A stretch of 63,866 nt of DNA, counting the filler, from a bacterium (GTDB lineage Bacteria; JBBIVP01): assembly GCA_037439705.1 (NCBI GenBank). It is 6 parts of 6 records of this genome, joined end to end, with 100 filler letters (N's around TTAATTAATTAA, not from the genome) between each part and the next. Parts side by side here need not be neighbours in the genome. Positions count along the whole stretch, not along the records: positions 11,664 to 22,903 come from JBBIVP010000053.1; positions 23,004 to 34,154 come from JBBIVP010000054.1; 4 more parts are not named here. The stretch is one strand, 5' to 3'. The notes beneath the pieces were generated by a model, which made no database searches, was not told the DNA's origin, and saw nothing but the letters and a program-made list of their open reading frames with translations. This document shows positions 19,929 to 29,753 of this stretch, piece after piece (positions within the stretch are counted from its first letter, which is position 1; each line of letters begins with the position of its first letter). Position numbers and translations under genes: made by a program.

Positions 19929-20419
19929 CTATTTTGGTAGTGCAGTAGTCTCGTATATTCCTTCACTTTTAGCCCATTCAACTAATTCGTCTTCTGTCAT
20001 AACAACAATACGGGTAGTTGGTCTTGCCTCCGATACCCACGCTACAACTTTTTCAAGTAGTTTACCCATTAACTCGGCATCGCTTTTGTTTTTGTCTCCC
20101 TTCACCTCTTTTTTATTTATATTCTCATTTTCCGGTATAATTACGCCCATGGGAGCTCCGAGAAGGTTTAAATTTACGATACTGCCAATTATATGCTTGT
20201 GATCTGTTGCGGTTTTTAGTTCAATCTCGAAACCGACAATAGGTAGTTTAGGAACTCTAAAAAGGTTCTCAGATGTTGAAGGTTTAGGAAATCGAAATCG
20301 CTTATCATACCAAACAACATCAATCCAAGAAAACTTAGAAGCAGGGACCTCGCGCTCAACTTCAAAATCCAGTTTTTTCCCAAGTTTTCTAACAATTGTT
20401 TTATATCCTCTTGCGTCAT
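19929..20419 (-). pseudogene. PD-(D/E)XK nuclease-like gene split by a -1 frameshift at A_AAA_AAC (20372-20378); pseudogene, recoded gene or sequencing error
   Basis: Joining the frames gives 163 aa: MTQEDIKQLLENLGKKLDFEVEREV...WIDVVWYD...PIVGFEIELKT...HIIGSIVNL..LGAPMGVII...; SD GGAGG upstream of ATG 20419. Confidence 0.7.
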
Positions 20420-20445
20420 TTTATCACCTCCTTATTTTAACTTCC

Positions 20446-21183
20446 TTAAAGTTCTATGGTTTCTCCAGGGTTAAGGATAAGAATTTTCTCAGGGTTATAC
20501 AAAGGATGTGCTTTTAAAACCTCAACTGGTTCCCTTTCACCTTCAAGAGCAACTCTATATGCTCCCCAGTGAATCGGGATGAAGAATTTTGCCCTGAGGT
20601 CTAAAAAAGCCTTTATAGCTTCGTGAGGATTCATATGAAACTTTTTCATTATAAAGGATGGTAGATATGCGCCTATAGGAAGGAAAGCAATGTCTATATC
20701 AAATTTTTTTCCAATTTCTGAAAAGTGAGAGGAGTATGAGGTATCTCCTGCAAAGTATAGGGTTTTTGAATTGGTTTTTATGAGGTAGCTACACCATCCT
20801 CCTCTCCATTCCAGAAATCTTCTTGACCAATGAATTGCTGGAAGAGAAATGATTTGTAATCCATTTATCGTTATTTCTTCCCACCACCTCAGTTCATAAA
20901 TTTCCTTTAATTTTGCTTTTTTTACAATTTTCCCGGCTTCCCACGGGACTATTACCGGGATTTCCTTTTTGAAATATGAAAGGGTGAAAAGGTCTAAATG
21001 GTCGTAGTGGGTGTGTGAAATAAGGATGCAGGATGCTGAAAAATATACTTCCTCTTCAAGGATGGCACCGGTTTTTCTCCTCAGAACCTTTATTCTGGGA
21101 CTTACTACAGGGTCGGTTACAACTATATTTTTTTCTTCATCTTTTATAACAGTTGTTGAATGCCCTACAAATTGAATTTTCAA
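20446..21183 (-). CDS. MBL-fold metallohydrolase (NAPE-PLD/RomA-like)
   Basis: GHST, TDPV, ISHTHYDHLD, PAIHWS, YFAGDT, LPIGAY, HMNP, PIHWG. Confidence 0.9.
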   Translation of the reverse strand: MKIQFVGHSTTVIKDEEKNIVVTDPVVSPRIKVLRRKTGAILEEEVYFSASCILISHTHYDHLDLFTLSYFKKEIPVIVPWEAGKIVKKAKLKEIYELRWWEEITINGLQIISLPAIHWSRRFLEWRGGWCSYLIKTNSKTLYFAGDTSYSSHFSEIGKKFDIDIAFLPIGAYLPSFIMKKFHMNPHEAIKAFLDLRAKFFIPIHWGAYRVALEGEREPVEVLKAHPLYNPEKILILNPGETIEL

Positions 21184-21506
21184 ACTTGATATATATTTTC
21201 AACAAACTTGCGGAGCAAGTTCTTCTGAAACTCTGATGTATTGACGAATTCTATGCCCATTCCTATTTTTTCCGAGTTTGTGGGCTTTTCCACCACTCTC
21301 ATGACCTTTCCCTTCAGTTTGAACTTCTGCGGAGCACCCGGAAGATAAAAATCTATAAGTAGTTCTGTCCCTACAGGATAGACTTCGCTTGTCTCTACAA
21401 ATATGTCATTTATACTTAAATCCTTTGAATATCCAAAGTGAAAATTACCATTCGCTATGAAAATTACCTCTGTTCTGAATTTTTTTCTTATTCCTTTCCT
21501 TTCCAT
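21180..21506 (-). CDS. PilZ-domain protein
   Basis: RKKFR, DLS...IFV, YPVGTEL...F.LP, GKVMRV, GMGIEF. Confidence 0.8.
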   Translation of the reverse strand: MERKGIRKKFRTEVIFIANGNFHFGYSKDLSINDIFVETSEVYPVGTELLIDFYLPGAPQKFKLKGKVMRVVEKPTNSEKIGMGIEFVNTSEFQKNLLRKFVENIYQV

Positions 21507-21507
21507 T

Positions 21508-21849
21508 TTAGCCCGGTGGCCATCCCAGTAATCTTCCACCAAGAAGATGCAGGTGGATGTGGAAAATACTCTGTCCCGCTTCTCTATTGCAATTTATAAT
21601 GGTTCTGTACCCTCTTTCTGCAACTCCTTCTTTTTTTGCAATTTCCTTTGCTACAAGAAAAAGGTGACCTATAAGGTTTTTTTTATCTTCTGTAAGTTCG
21701 TTCAGTGTTGAAATATGTTCTTTTGGAATTATAAGAATGTGAACAGGAGCCTGCGGGTTTATATCCTTTATTCCCATTGAAATCTCATCTTCATACACCT
21801 TATCAGCTTTGATTTCTCCTTTTATTATTTTGCAGAAAAGGCAATCCAT
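21508..21849 (-). CDS. hinT: Histidine triad nucleotide-binding protein (HIT/HinT)
   Basis: CLFCKII, DINPQAPVHILIIPK, GQSIFHIHLHLLGGR, WPPG. Confidence 0.95.
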   Translation of the reverse strand: MDCLFCKIIKGEIKADKVYEDEISMGIKDINPQAPVHILIIPKEHISTLNELTEDKKNLIGHLFLVAKEIAKKEGVAERGYRTIINCNREAGQSIFHIHLHLLGGRLLGWPPG

Positions 21850-22041
21850 GATAATTTTCTAACAAATTTAAATTTTTTTTTCAAGCAATAATTTTGTTTA
21901 ATCATTCTGAAGTTGAATGCGGATTAAGGAGAACATTAATTTGAGAACATAGGGGGTAGAGGATTTATGGTGGAAAAGGACAAACAGAGTTGAAAGAGAA
22001 AGTTCTCTTGACTGCATTTTTTAAATATGTAATATAAATAT

Positions 22042-22903
22042 ATGGCAGGACAAAAAAACAAGAGAAAAATATCGGAAGAAACATATTATACATTTGATGA
22101 TGTTCTTATTCTTCCTTCCTATTCTGATGTTCTCCCATCTGAGGTGGATGTGAGCACATATTTTGCTCGGGGTTATCCTTTAAATATCCCTCTTGTAAGT
22201 GCTGCAATGGATACGGTAACCGAATCCGCTACAGCGATTACTATGGCTTTAGAAGGCGGAGCGGGTGTGATACACAGAAATATGAGTATAGAAAGGCATG
22301 TTGAGGAAGTTAAAAAGGTAAAAAAGTATGCTGCTGGAATAATCATAGAACCTATCACATTGAGACCATATCAAAAAGTGAGAGAGGCTTTGAAGATAAT
22401 GAAAGAGCATCTTATCTCTGGATTACCAATAACAGATGAAAACGGAGTGCTCCTCGGAATTGTCACAAGCAGGGATTTGAGGTTTGTGGAGCCTTCCCAG
22501 TATGACCTTCCTGTTTCCAATTTTATGACGGGAAGGGATAAACTGGTTATGGTCCGTGAAAAAAAGGTTGGCCTTGCTAAATCAAAAGAGATAATGATGG
22601 AAAAAAAGATAGAAAAACTTCCTGTTGTGGATTCAAAAAGGGTTCTTAAGGGATTAATAACAAATAAGGATATAGAAAAGGCTGAAAGGCATCCATACGC
22701 TGTGAAGGATGGACTGGGAAGGCTTAAGGTAGCTGGTGCTATTGGTGTCACAAAAAAAGAAATAGAAAGGGCACACGCATTGGTTGAAGCTGGAATTGAC
22801 GCATTAGTTATAGATACCGCTCACGGTAATACTAAGGCTGTTATTGAGACCTTAAAATATCTCAAGAAGAAATTTGATATTCCAGTTGTAGCAGGAAATG
22901 TGG
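22042..22903 (+). CDS. guaB: IMP dehydrogenase, N-terminal part (contig end)
   Basis: TFDDVLILP, SAAMDTVTE, IHRNM, CBS pair, IDTAHG, AGNV. Confidence 0.96.
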
Positions 22904-23003
22904 NNNNNNNNNNNNNNNNNNNNNNNNNNNNNNNNNNNNNNNNNNNNTTAATTAATTAANNNNNNNNNNNNNNNNNNNNNNNNNNNNNNNNNNNNNNNNN
23001 NNN
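22904..23003. other. Artificial contig spacer
   Basis: N44-TTAATTAATTAA-N44. Confidence 0.99.
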
Positions 23004-23094
23004 CTTAAATTTTCTCATTCAAACTCATAAAATGTCGCATATGTATATAACTTATACATTGACTTGACAATTTTTTTTGTGTAGTTTATTCCCC

Positions 23095-24144
23095 ATGAAG
23101 AAAGAAAATGTAATAGTAAAATTTGGTCTTCCCACCGGAAGCCTCAACAAGCAGGGAAGAGGAGATACGGAATCAATCCTGAAAAGAGCAGGATTTGACA
23201 TAAGGGGATACGCTCCTGACTCAAGGGTTTACAAGCCTGAATTCAGGAATCACCCGAACATAATACCCGTTCCATTAAGACCACAGAGGGCACCTGATGA
23301 ACTTATGAAAGGAAATGTAGATATCGCTATCTTAGGCAATGACTGGGCTATGGAATGGAGGTACAGGGGAACAGAAATAAACAAATATCTGTTATGTGAC
23401 CTTGAATATGGAAAAGTTAAACTTGTATTTATCGTTCCGGGAGATTCAGATTATTTAAACCTTGAGGATTATGTGGAAAAGAAATGTAAAAGTGGTGAAG
23501 AAATTGCCTGCTATACCGAATACATCTATACTGCTTCTGCTCACATCTCAAATACTGAGGCGTATAAAAAATATTTTGGTTCAAAAAAGCCTGTGATTGA
23601 AATAAAAGGTGAAAAAATATGGGGAGAAAACGAAAAAGTAAAAATTATATTTTCTGAAGGAGACACAGAATCCACCGTATGGGCTGGATTTACAGACCTT
23701 GCTTTTGACAATACCCAGACGGGAAACACAATAGCCCAATATGGGTTAAGAATCCTTGAAGAAAAGGGCTCATCTACAGCCTGCCTCTACATGAGCCCAT
23801 TTGCAAGCAAAGACCCACGAAAAATGGAAGAAATAATGCTTATAAAATCAAAGCTTGAAGGAGTTGCTCTCGCTCAGAAATACAAATATATCGTCTTCAA
23901 TGTAGAAAACAAAAACCTTCAACCCCTTTTAAAAGAACTCAAGGAGAAAAAACTTTTCGCCCACGAACTTGTTCCGAGAAAGGGAAAGAAATTCAGCGAG
24001 GTATCCATAGAAATACCGATTTCCTCTTATCCCGAACTTGACAGGGTGCTTAAAAAATACAATGTAAAGGATGTAATAACCTTACATCCAGAAAGACTAA
24101 TCCCTGATTATGGGACTTCTGACAGTTCTGATAATAACTCTTAA
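23095..24144 (+). CDS. hisG: ATP phosphoribosyltransferase, divergent long form
   Basis: GLPTGSL, RPQ..P, DIAILGNDW, DLEYG, TEY, SEGDTE, DNTQTGNT...GL; C-terminal regulatory domain. Confidence 0.8.
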   Translation: MKKENVIVKFGLPTGSLNKQGRGDTESILKRAGFDIRGYAPDSRVYKPEFRNHPNIIPVPLRPQRAPDELMKGNVDIAILGNDWAMEWRYRGTEINKYLLCDLEYGKVKLVFIVPGDSDYLNLEDYVEKKCKSGEEIACYTEYIYTASAHISNTEAYKKYFGSKKPVIEIKGEKIWGENEKVKIIFSEGDTESTVWAGFTDLAFDNTQTGNTIAQYGLRILEEKGSSTACLYMSPFASKDPRKMEEIMLIKSKLEGVALAQKYKYIVFNVENKNLQPLLKELKEKKLFAHELVPRKGKKFSEVSIEIPISSYPELDRVLKKYNVKDVITLHPERLIPDYGTSDSSDNNS

Positions 24145-25042
24145 CCTCAACCGGTTTTTTCTCGGAATGGGAACGGACATTACCTTCAGCATTAAAATAG
24201 ATGAAAAGTGCACAGAAGAAAAAGCCAACAGACTCATTACTCTGTGTTACAGGGAAATCAAAAGGATAGAAACCTCCTCCAGCAGGTGGTCTGAATCAAG
24301 CATCACTGAAGAAATTAACAGGAATGCCGGAATAAAACCTGTTGAAATTTCAGAAGAATTCTTAAAACTCTTAAATGAAATCGGAGAAATTTACAAAAAC
24401 ACGGATAAAATGTTTGATATAACTGTCTGCCCCTTGATAAAACTCTGGAACGTAACCGAAAGGAAAAAGCCACCTTCTCCTTATGAAGTTAAAAATCTCC
24501 TTCAACTTGTAGGCTACGAAAAAATTTTATTTGATAAGAATTCCATTTTTCTGCCCGAAAAAGGAATGTGCCTTGACCTTGATGGTGTATTAAAAGGCTA
24601 TGCAGTGGATAGGGCTTCGGAAATAATCCTCACCGGAGGCTGCTCATCTTTTCTTGTAAAAATCGGAGGAAGCCTCAATCTGAAAAACATGAAGAAAAGT
24701 GTAGAAATTCCAGCACCCAGGAAAGGATTAAAATCCTTGAAAATAGAACTGGAAAATGGCGCTATAGCAACATCCGGGGATTACACAAGATTTTTCATTT
24801 ACAGGGGGAAAAGGTATCATGACCTTATTGACCCGGAAAATGGGTACCCATCAAACGGATGTGCCTCCGCTACGGTGATTTCAGAAAGCGGGATGCTCTC
24901 GGACGCCCTTTCAACAGCAATAGCAATAAGAGGAGAAGAGGGATTTAAATTTTTAGAAAAATTTGGAGCATCTGCTCTTTGCATTGAAGAGAACGGCGAA
25001 ATCAAGAAAACGAAATTTTTCCCGGATTTTTCTCAGAACTGA
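24110..25042 (+). CDS. apbE: FAD:protein FMN transferase ApbE
   Basis: MGT, FDITV.PL..LW, LDLDGVLKGYAVD, ATSGDY, YHDLIDPENGYP, DALSTA. Confidence 0.9.
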   Translation: MGLLTVLIITLNLNRFFLGMGTDITFSIKIDEKCTEEKANRLITLCYREIKRIETSSSRWSESSITEEINRNAGIKPVEISEEFLKLLNEIGEIYKNTDKMFDITVCPLIKLWNVTERKKPPSPYEVKNLLQLVGYEKILFDKNSIFLPEKGMCLDLDGVLKGYAVDRASEIILTGGCSSFLVKIGGSLNLKNMKKSVEIPAPRKGLKSLKIELENGAIATSGDYTRFFIYRGKRYHDLIDPENGYPSNGCASATVISESGMLSDALSTAIAIRGEEGFKFLEKFGASALCIEENGEIKKTKFFPDFSQN

Positions 25043-25052
25043 AAAATCAAAA

Positions 25053-25676
25053 TTATTCCCATCCAGAATCTTTTTTTAATTTTTCCATCTCTTCAGGACT
25101 TATTGATCCGGGTTCGCTCTGAACCCCTTTATCGGATATTGATATAGTATATCCATTATCAAGAGACACAGAAACCTCTTCCTGTTTATCCTTTACCACT
25201 GCCTTCCCCTCAAGGCAGTAAACAAAAGTGGCATCCTTTGAAATTTTTATGAAAACGAAACTTTTGCGCTTTCCAAAGATCAATCCATACGGTGTCTCAA
25301 TTTCTGGAATTATTTCCACTCCCCTCCTGTTTTCTATTTTTACAAAGAACGAACCTTCATCCATTATAACCCTGCTTAAAAATTCTCCCTTTGGCGTTGA
25401 AATGGCATGAAAAATTTTGATGCGGGAATTATTCCCCATTTTTATGAAATATCCTCCTTCAAAAATCATCTCAACCCTTCCATCCCTCCCAGTAATTATC
25501 ACATCACCCTCCCCTATTGTTAAACCCTCAACAATTTTCCCGGATTCACTCGCCCCTCTTCTTTTTATCTTCACATCCCCTTCAACCCTTCCAAAGTGCC
25601 CAATTATCTGGGAATAAGAAATACTGGGGAAAAAGATAAAAATAAAAAAAATAGTTGAATACTTTCTCACCTCCAT
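25053..25676 (-). CDS. FecR-domain exported protein
   Basis: Signal peptide, VEGDV, GDVIITGRDGRVEM, ETPYG, CLEG; SD GGAGG. Confidence 0.75.
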   Translation of the reverse strand: MEVRKYSTIFFIFIFFPSISYSQIIGHFGRVEGDVKIKRRGASESGKIVEGLTIGEGDVIITGRDGRVEMIFEGGYFIKMGNNSRIKIFHAISTPKGEFLSRVIMDEGSFFVKIENRRGVEIIPEIETPYGLIFGKRKSFVFIKISKDATFVYCLEGKAVVKDKQEEVSVSLDNGYTISISDKGVQSEPGSISPEEMEKLKKDSGWE

Positions 25677-25707
25677 TTTTCACCTCCGGAAGAATATCCC
25701 TAACATG

Positions 25708-25945
25708 TTATTTCTTCTCCATTTCAAATATGTGTTTTATTTTTCCTTTTAAAGGAGGAAGTTCTTTTTTGAGAATCTCCCATATAATTCTCAGGTTGAT
25801 CCCAAAATACGCATGTGCAATCCTGTTCCTGAATCCAATCATCCCTTTCCTGATATTTGTTTCTTATTTCATTTGGCTTAATTCTTTCAGGGGTTAGCAA
25901 ATCAACTCTGGTTCCAAAAATTTCTTCCGGCCTTTTCATCAGCTC
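25708..25945 (-). pseudogene. Decayed MNT-HEPN (DUF86/HepT) toxin-antitoxin remnant
   Basis: One frame gives an MNT-like C-terminus EEIFGTRVDLLTPERIKP; another frame (25842-25708) gives MIGFRNRIAHAYFGINLRIIWEILKKELPPLK with the HEPN R-X4-H motif; N-termini are missing. Confidence 0.75.
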
Positions 25946-26013
25946 ATTATTTTATTTATTTTTCTCATCTAAACCGTATTTCTGGAATGAACAGTATTCT
26001 TTAACCATTCCTT

Positions 26014-26105
26014 CGGAGAGGGTGGGATTCGAACCCACGGTCCCGCTCATCACGGGACAACCGCTTAGCAGGCGGCTGCCTTAGACCTATCTCGGCCACC
26101 TCTCC
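26014..26105 (-). tRNA. tRNA-Ser (GCT), no encoded CCA
   Basis: Reverse complement GGAGAGG...GCCGC-CTGCTAA-GCGGT, long variable arm, GTGGGTTCGAATCCCACCCTCTCCG. Confidence 0.96.
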
Positions 26106-26213
26106 TTAAAGAAAAGTATTACACAGGAAATAGAAAATCTCAACCTTTTTCATAAATAACTGGAAATTCTGAATTGATTGAGATATTTTTGTAATGGAAA
26201 CCGAATATTCATC

Positions 26214-27077
26214 ATGAAGTTTGTAGCAGACAAAAGGGGAAGATTGGATGTCTTTCTGTGTGAGAAATTGAACCTCTCAAGAAGAAGGGCAGTTTTCCTT
26301 ATAAAAAACGGGATGGTTCTGGTCAACGGAAAACCCTCAAAAAAGGGAGAAATTCTTCAACACGGAGATGAAATTTTCGTAAAAGAACACCCAATAGAAG
26401 AAGTGCCTCCAGATTTTGAAATTGACCTCCCCGTAATTTTTGAAAACGAGGACATTATTGCAATCAAAAAACCCGCCGGAATTCCGGTGGAACCTGTAAA
26501 GCCGGGCGAAAAGGAGACAGTAGCCAATTTCATTAAAACAAAATTTCCAGAAACTGCTGAATTCGGGTTGACAAAGAGGTCATGTGGGATACTCAACAGA
26601 CTTGATACAATGGCTTCTGGAATTATTCTATCTGCAAAGAACAGAAAAGCCTTTTCCTACCTGAGAACCCTTTTTCAAGAAAGGAAGATACTGAAGGAAT
26701 TTGAAGTTCTGGTATCAGGAAGAATAGAAAAGAATGGAAAAATAACTCTTCCTCTCGCCCATCATCCAAAAAACAAAAAAAAGATGATAGTTGTAGAAGA
26801 AAACACAATTTACAGGGGAAAGGCTTATCCAGCAATTACAATTTACAAACCGGAAAAGTATTGTCCTGACCACACCCATCTATGCGTGGTTATAAAAACA
26901 GGAGTCACTCATCAGATAAGAGTCCACATGAGTTATATAAATCACCCTGTAATAGGAGATACGCTTTACGGCGGTCCACCCGCAGAAAGGCTTTATATCC
27001 ACCTGAGAAAACTTCGCTTTCAATGGATGGATGGAAAGGAGATTAAAATCCTTTCAAAGGAACCTCTGGAAATTTAA
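26214..27077 (+). CDS. RluA/RluD-family pseudouridine synthase with S4 domain
   Basis: RLDVFL S4 domain, KPAG, NRLDTMASG (catalytic Asp), TGVTHQIRVH, HPVIGD.LYG. Confidence 0.9.
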   Translation: MKFVADKRGRLDVFLCEKLNLSRRRAVFLIKNGMVLVNGKPSKKGEILQHGDEIFVKEHPIEEVPPDFEIDLPVIFENEDIIAIKKPAGIPVEPVKPGEKETVANFIKTKFPETAEFGLTKRSCGILNRLDTMASGIILSAKNRKAFSYLRTLFQERKILKEFEVLVSGRIEKNGKITLPLAHHPKNKKKMIVVEENTIYRGKAYPAITIYKPEKYCPDHTHLCVVIKTGVTHQIRVHMSYINHPVIGDTLYGGPPAERLYIHLRKLRFQWMDGKEIKILSKEPLEI

Positions 27078-27079
27078 GT

Positions 27080-27277
27080 TTATTTCTTGGAATGGACCTT
27101 TATGAAATAGGAAAGGGAGCGATTATAAGTCTTTTCTGCCTCAGGTGGAAATAGACACCCTGGAAGTTGTTTCATCTCCCAGTGATATCTTAAACATTCA
27201 CAACATTTGCCCTTCCTGGGACAGGGCTCATAGGTGCAGGTACAGAATTCAAGGTTTTCCTTTATGTTGCATTCCAT
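27080..27277 (-). CDS. Small Cys-rich protein (DUF6485-like)
   Basis: CTCTYEPCPRKGKCCECLRYH....LPGCLF....EKTYNRS. Confidence 0.75.
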   Translation of the reverse strand: MECNIKENLEFCTCTYEPCPRKGKCCECLRYHWEMKQLPGCLFPPEAEKTYNRSLSYFIKVHSKK

Positions 27278-27281
27278 TTTT

Positions 27282-28568
<1,287 letters not shown>

Positions 28569-29242
28569 TTAAATTTTCTCTATTTTATAAATTACCACCA
28601 ATTTAGCAAGCATTTATTGGTTTAAAAGGAACTTATTGTATGTGAGGTAAAAAATGCTGGTGAAAGTGACGAGCAGGCGAAAGGATAAAATGTTCTATTT
28701 TTAGAAAACGAAATGTTAAGAAAAATTAGAAAAATGACAAATTTTTAAAAAGTCTCAATTCTCTTGATTCCTAAAAGGACTATCTAAAGATATAGAATAC
28801 TGGGCAGATCAGCTTGATTATGCCTATGAAAATAAAAGAAGGAGGTATACATAATGACATATATTTCAAATAGATTTAATTATGAGGAAAGACGGCAAAA
28901 TTTTTGTATGGTTTCTGAAAAAGGTAAAACGCTGTGTCATAATTCAAAAACGAATTGTTTCTTTTCCATCTTAATCATCAAAAATGGCAAAATTTTACTC
29001 CTTTTATCCCACCAGTTTAAAAAGAAAGGAATTGTGACCCATCCTCTTGTGAGCTTAACTTGGTGTCAAGTCTTGAATTTTTGAAATTTTCTTTAATTTT
29101 TGGTGACAAATTCCTCGGGTCAAAAAGGTCATCCAAATTATTTCGTTAAAAATTGTAAAATATCGCAAATATAACCTGTGCATAAAAACTTGAAAATGTA
29201 ATGTGTTATGGGATATAATTTTAAAAAAGGAATTTCTGGAGA

Positions 29243-29440
29243 ATGATTGGCAAAAAAATAATCATAGGTGTTGGAATGTTAATGGTTCTGGCGGGTATCG
29301 TTTATGGAAGAGAAGTTCCTTCCATCAAAAAAACCAAGGAACTTGAGGAAAAAGAAGAAAAGATGGAACGGGTATTAAAAACACTTGCAAAGGAAGACCC
29401 AAAAATAGCTCATGTCTTGAAACAAGAAGGAATTTTGTAA
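29243..29440 (+). CDS. Small hypothetical exported protein, possibly a fragment
   Basis: Signal peptide-like N-terminus; TTGAAA-N18-TATAAT and GGAG upstream. Confidence 0.5.
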   Translation: MIGKKIIIGVGMLMVLAGIVYGREVPSIKKTKELEEKEEKMERVLKTLAKEDPKIAHVLKQEGIL

Positions 29441-29718
29441 TTAAGTTCCCCAACTTTTAGCCAATTTTTCTTAGGTATTCAATCTTTCCCATTAAATCAT
29501 TTAAAAATGTAACCCATCTCTGAAGAAAAAGATAGGAGATTGGGATGAATGACGATATAGAGAAGATTTTTTAAATCCCGCTGAACTCAAAGAAAGATAG
29601 ATGCCAAACTTAAAAATCTCTTCTCCGTAAACGATTTGACACGCCCTCTCACTCCTTAATGACGCGCATATCTTAACTTTTCCAGAAAACTCATGTCCAA
29701 ACTCATATTTAGCAAGTC

Positions 29719-29747
29719 TTCACTTTTTCTATTTTTTAAAATATAAT
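29719..29747 (+). promoter_or_regulatory. Putative leaderless-type promoter of mutS
   Basis: TTCACT-N17-TATAAT-N6-ATG(29754), no SD. Confidence 0.55.
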
Positions 29748-29753
29748 ATCCGC

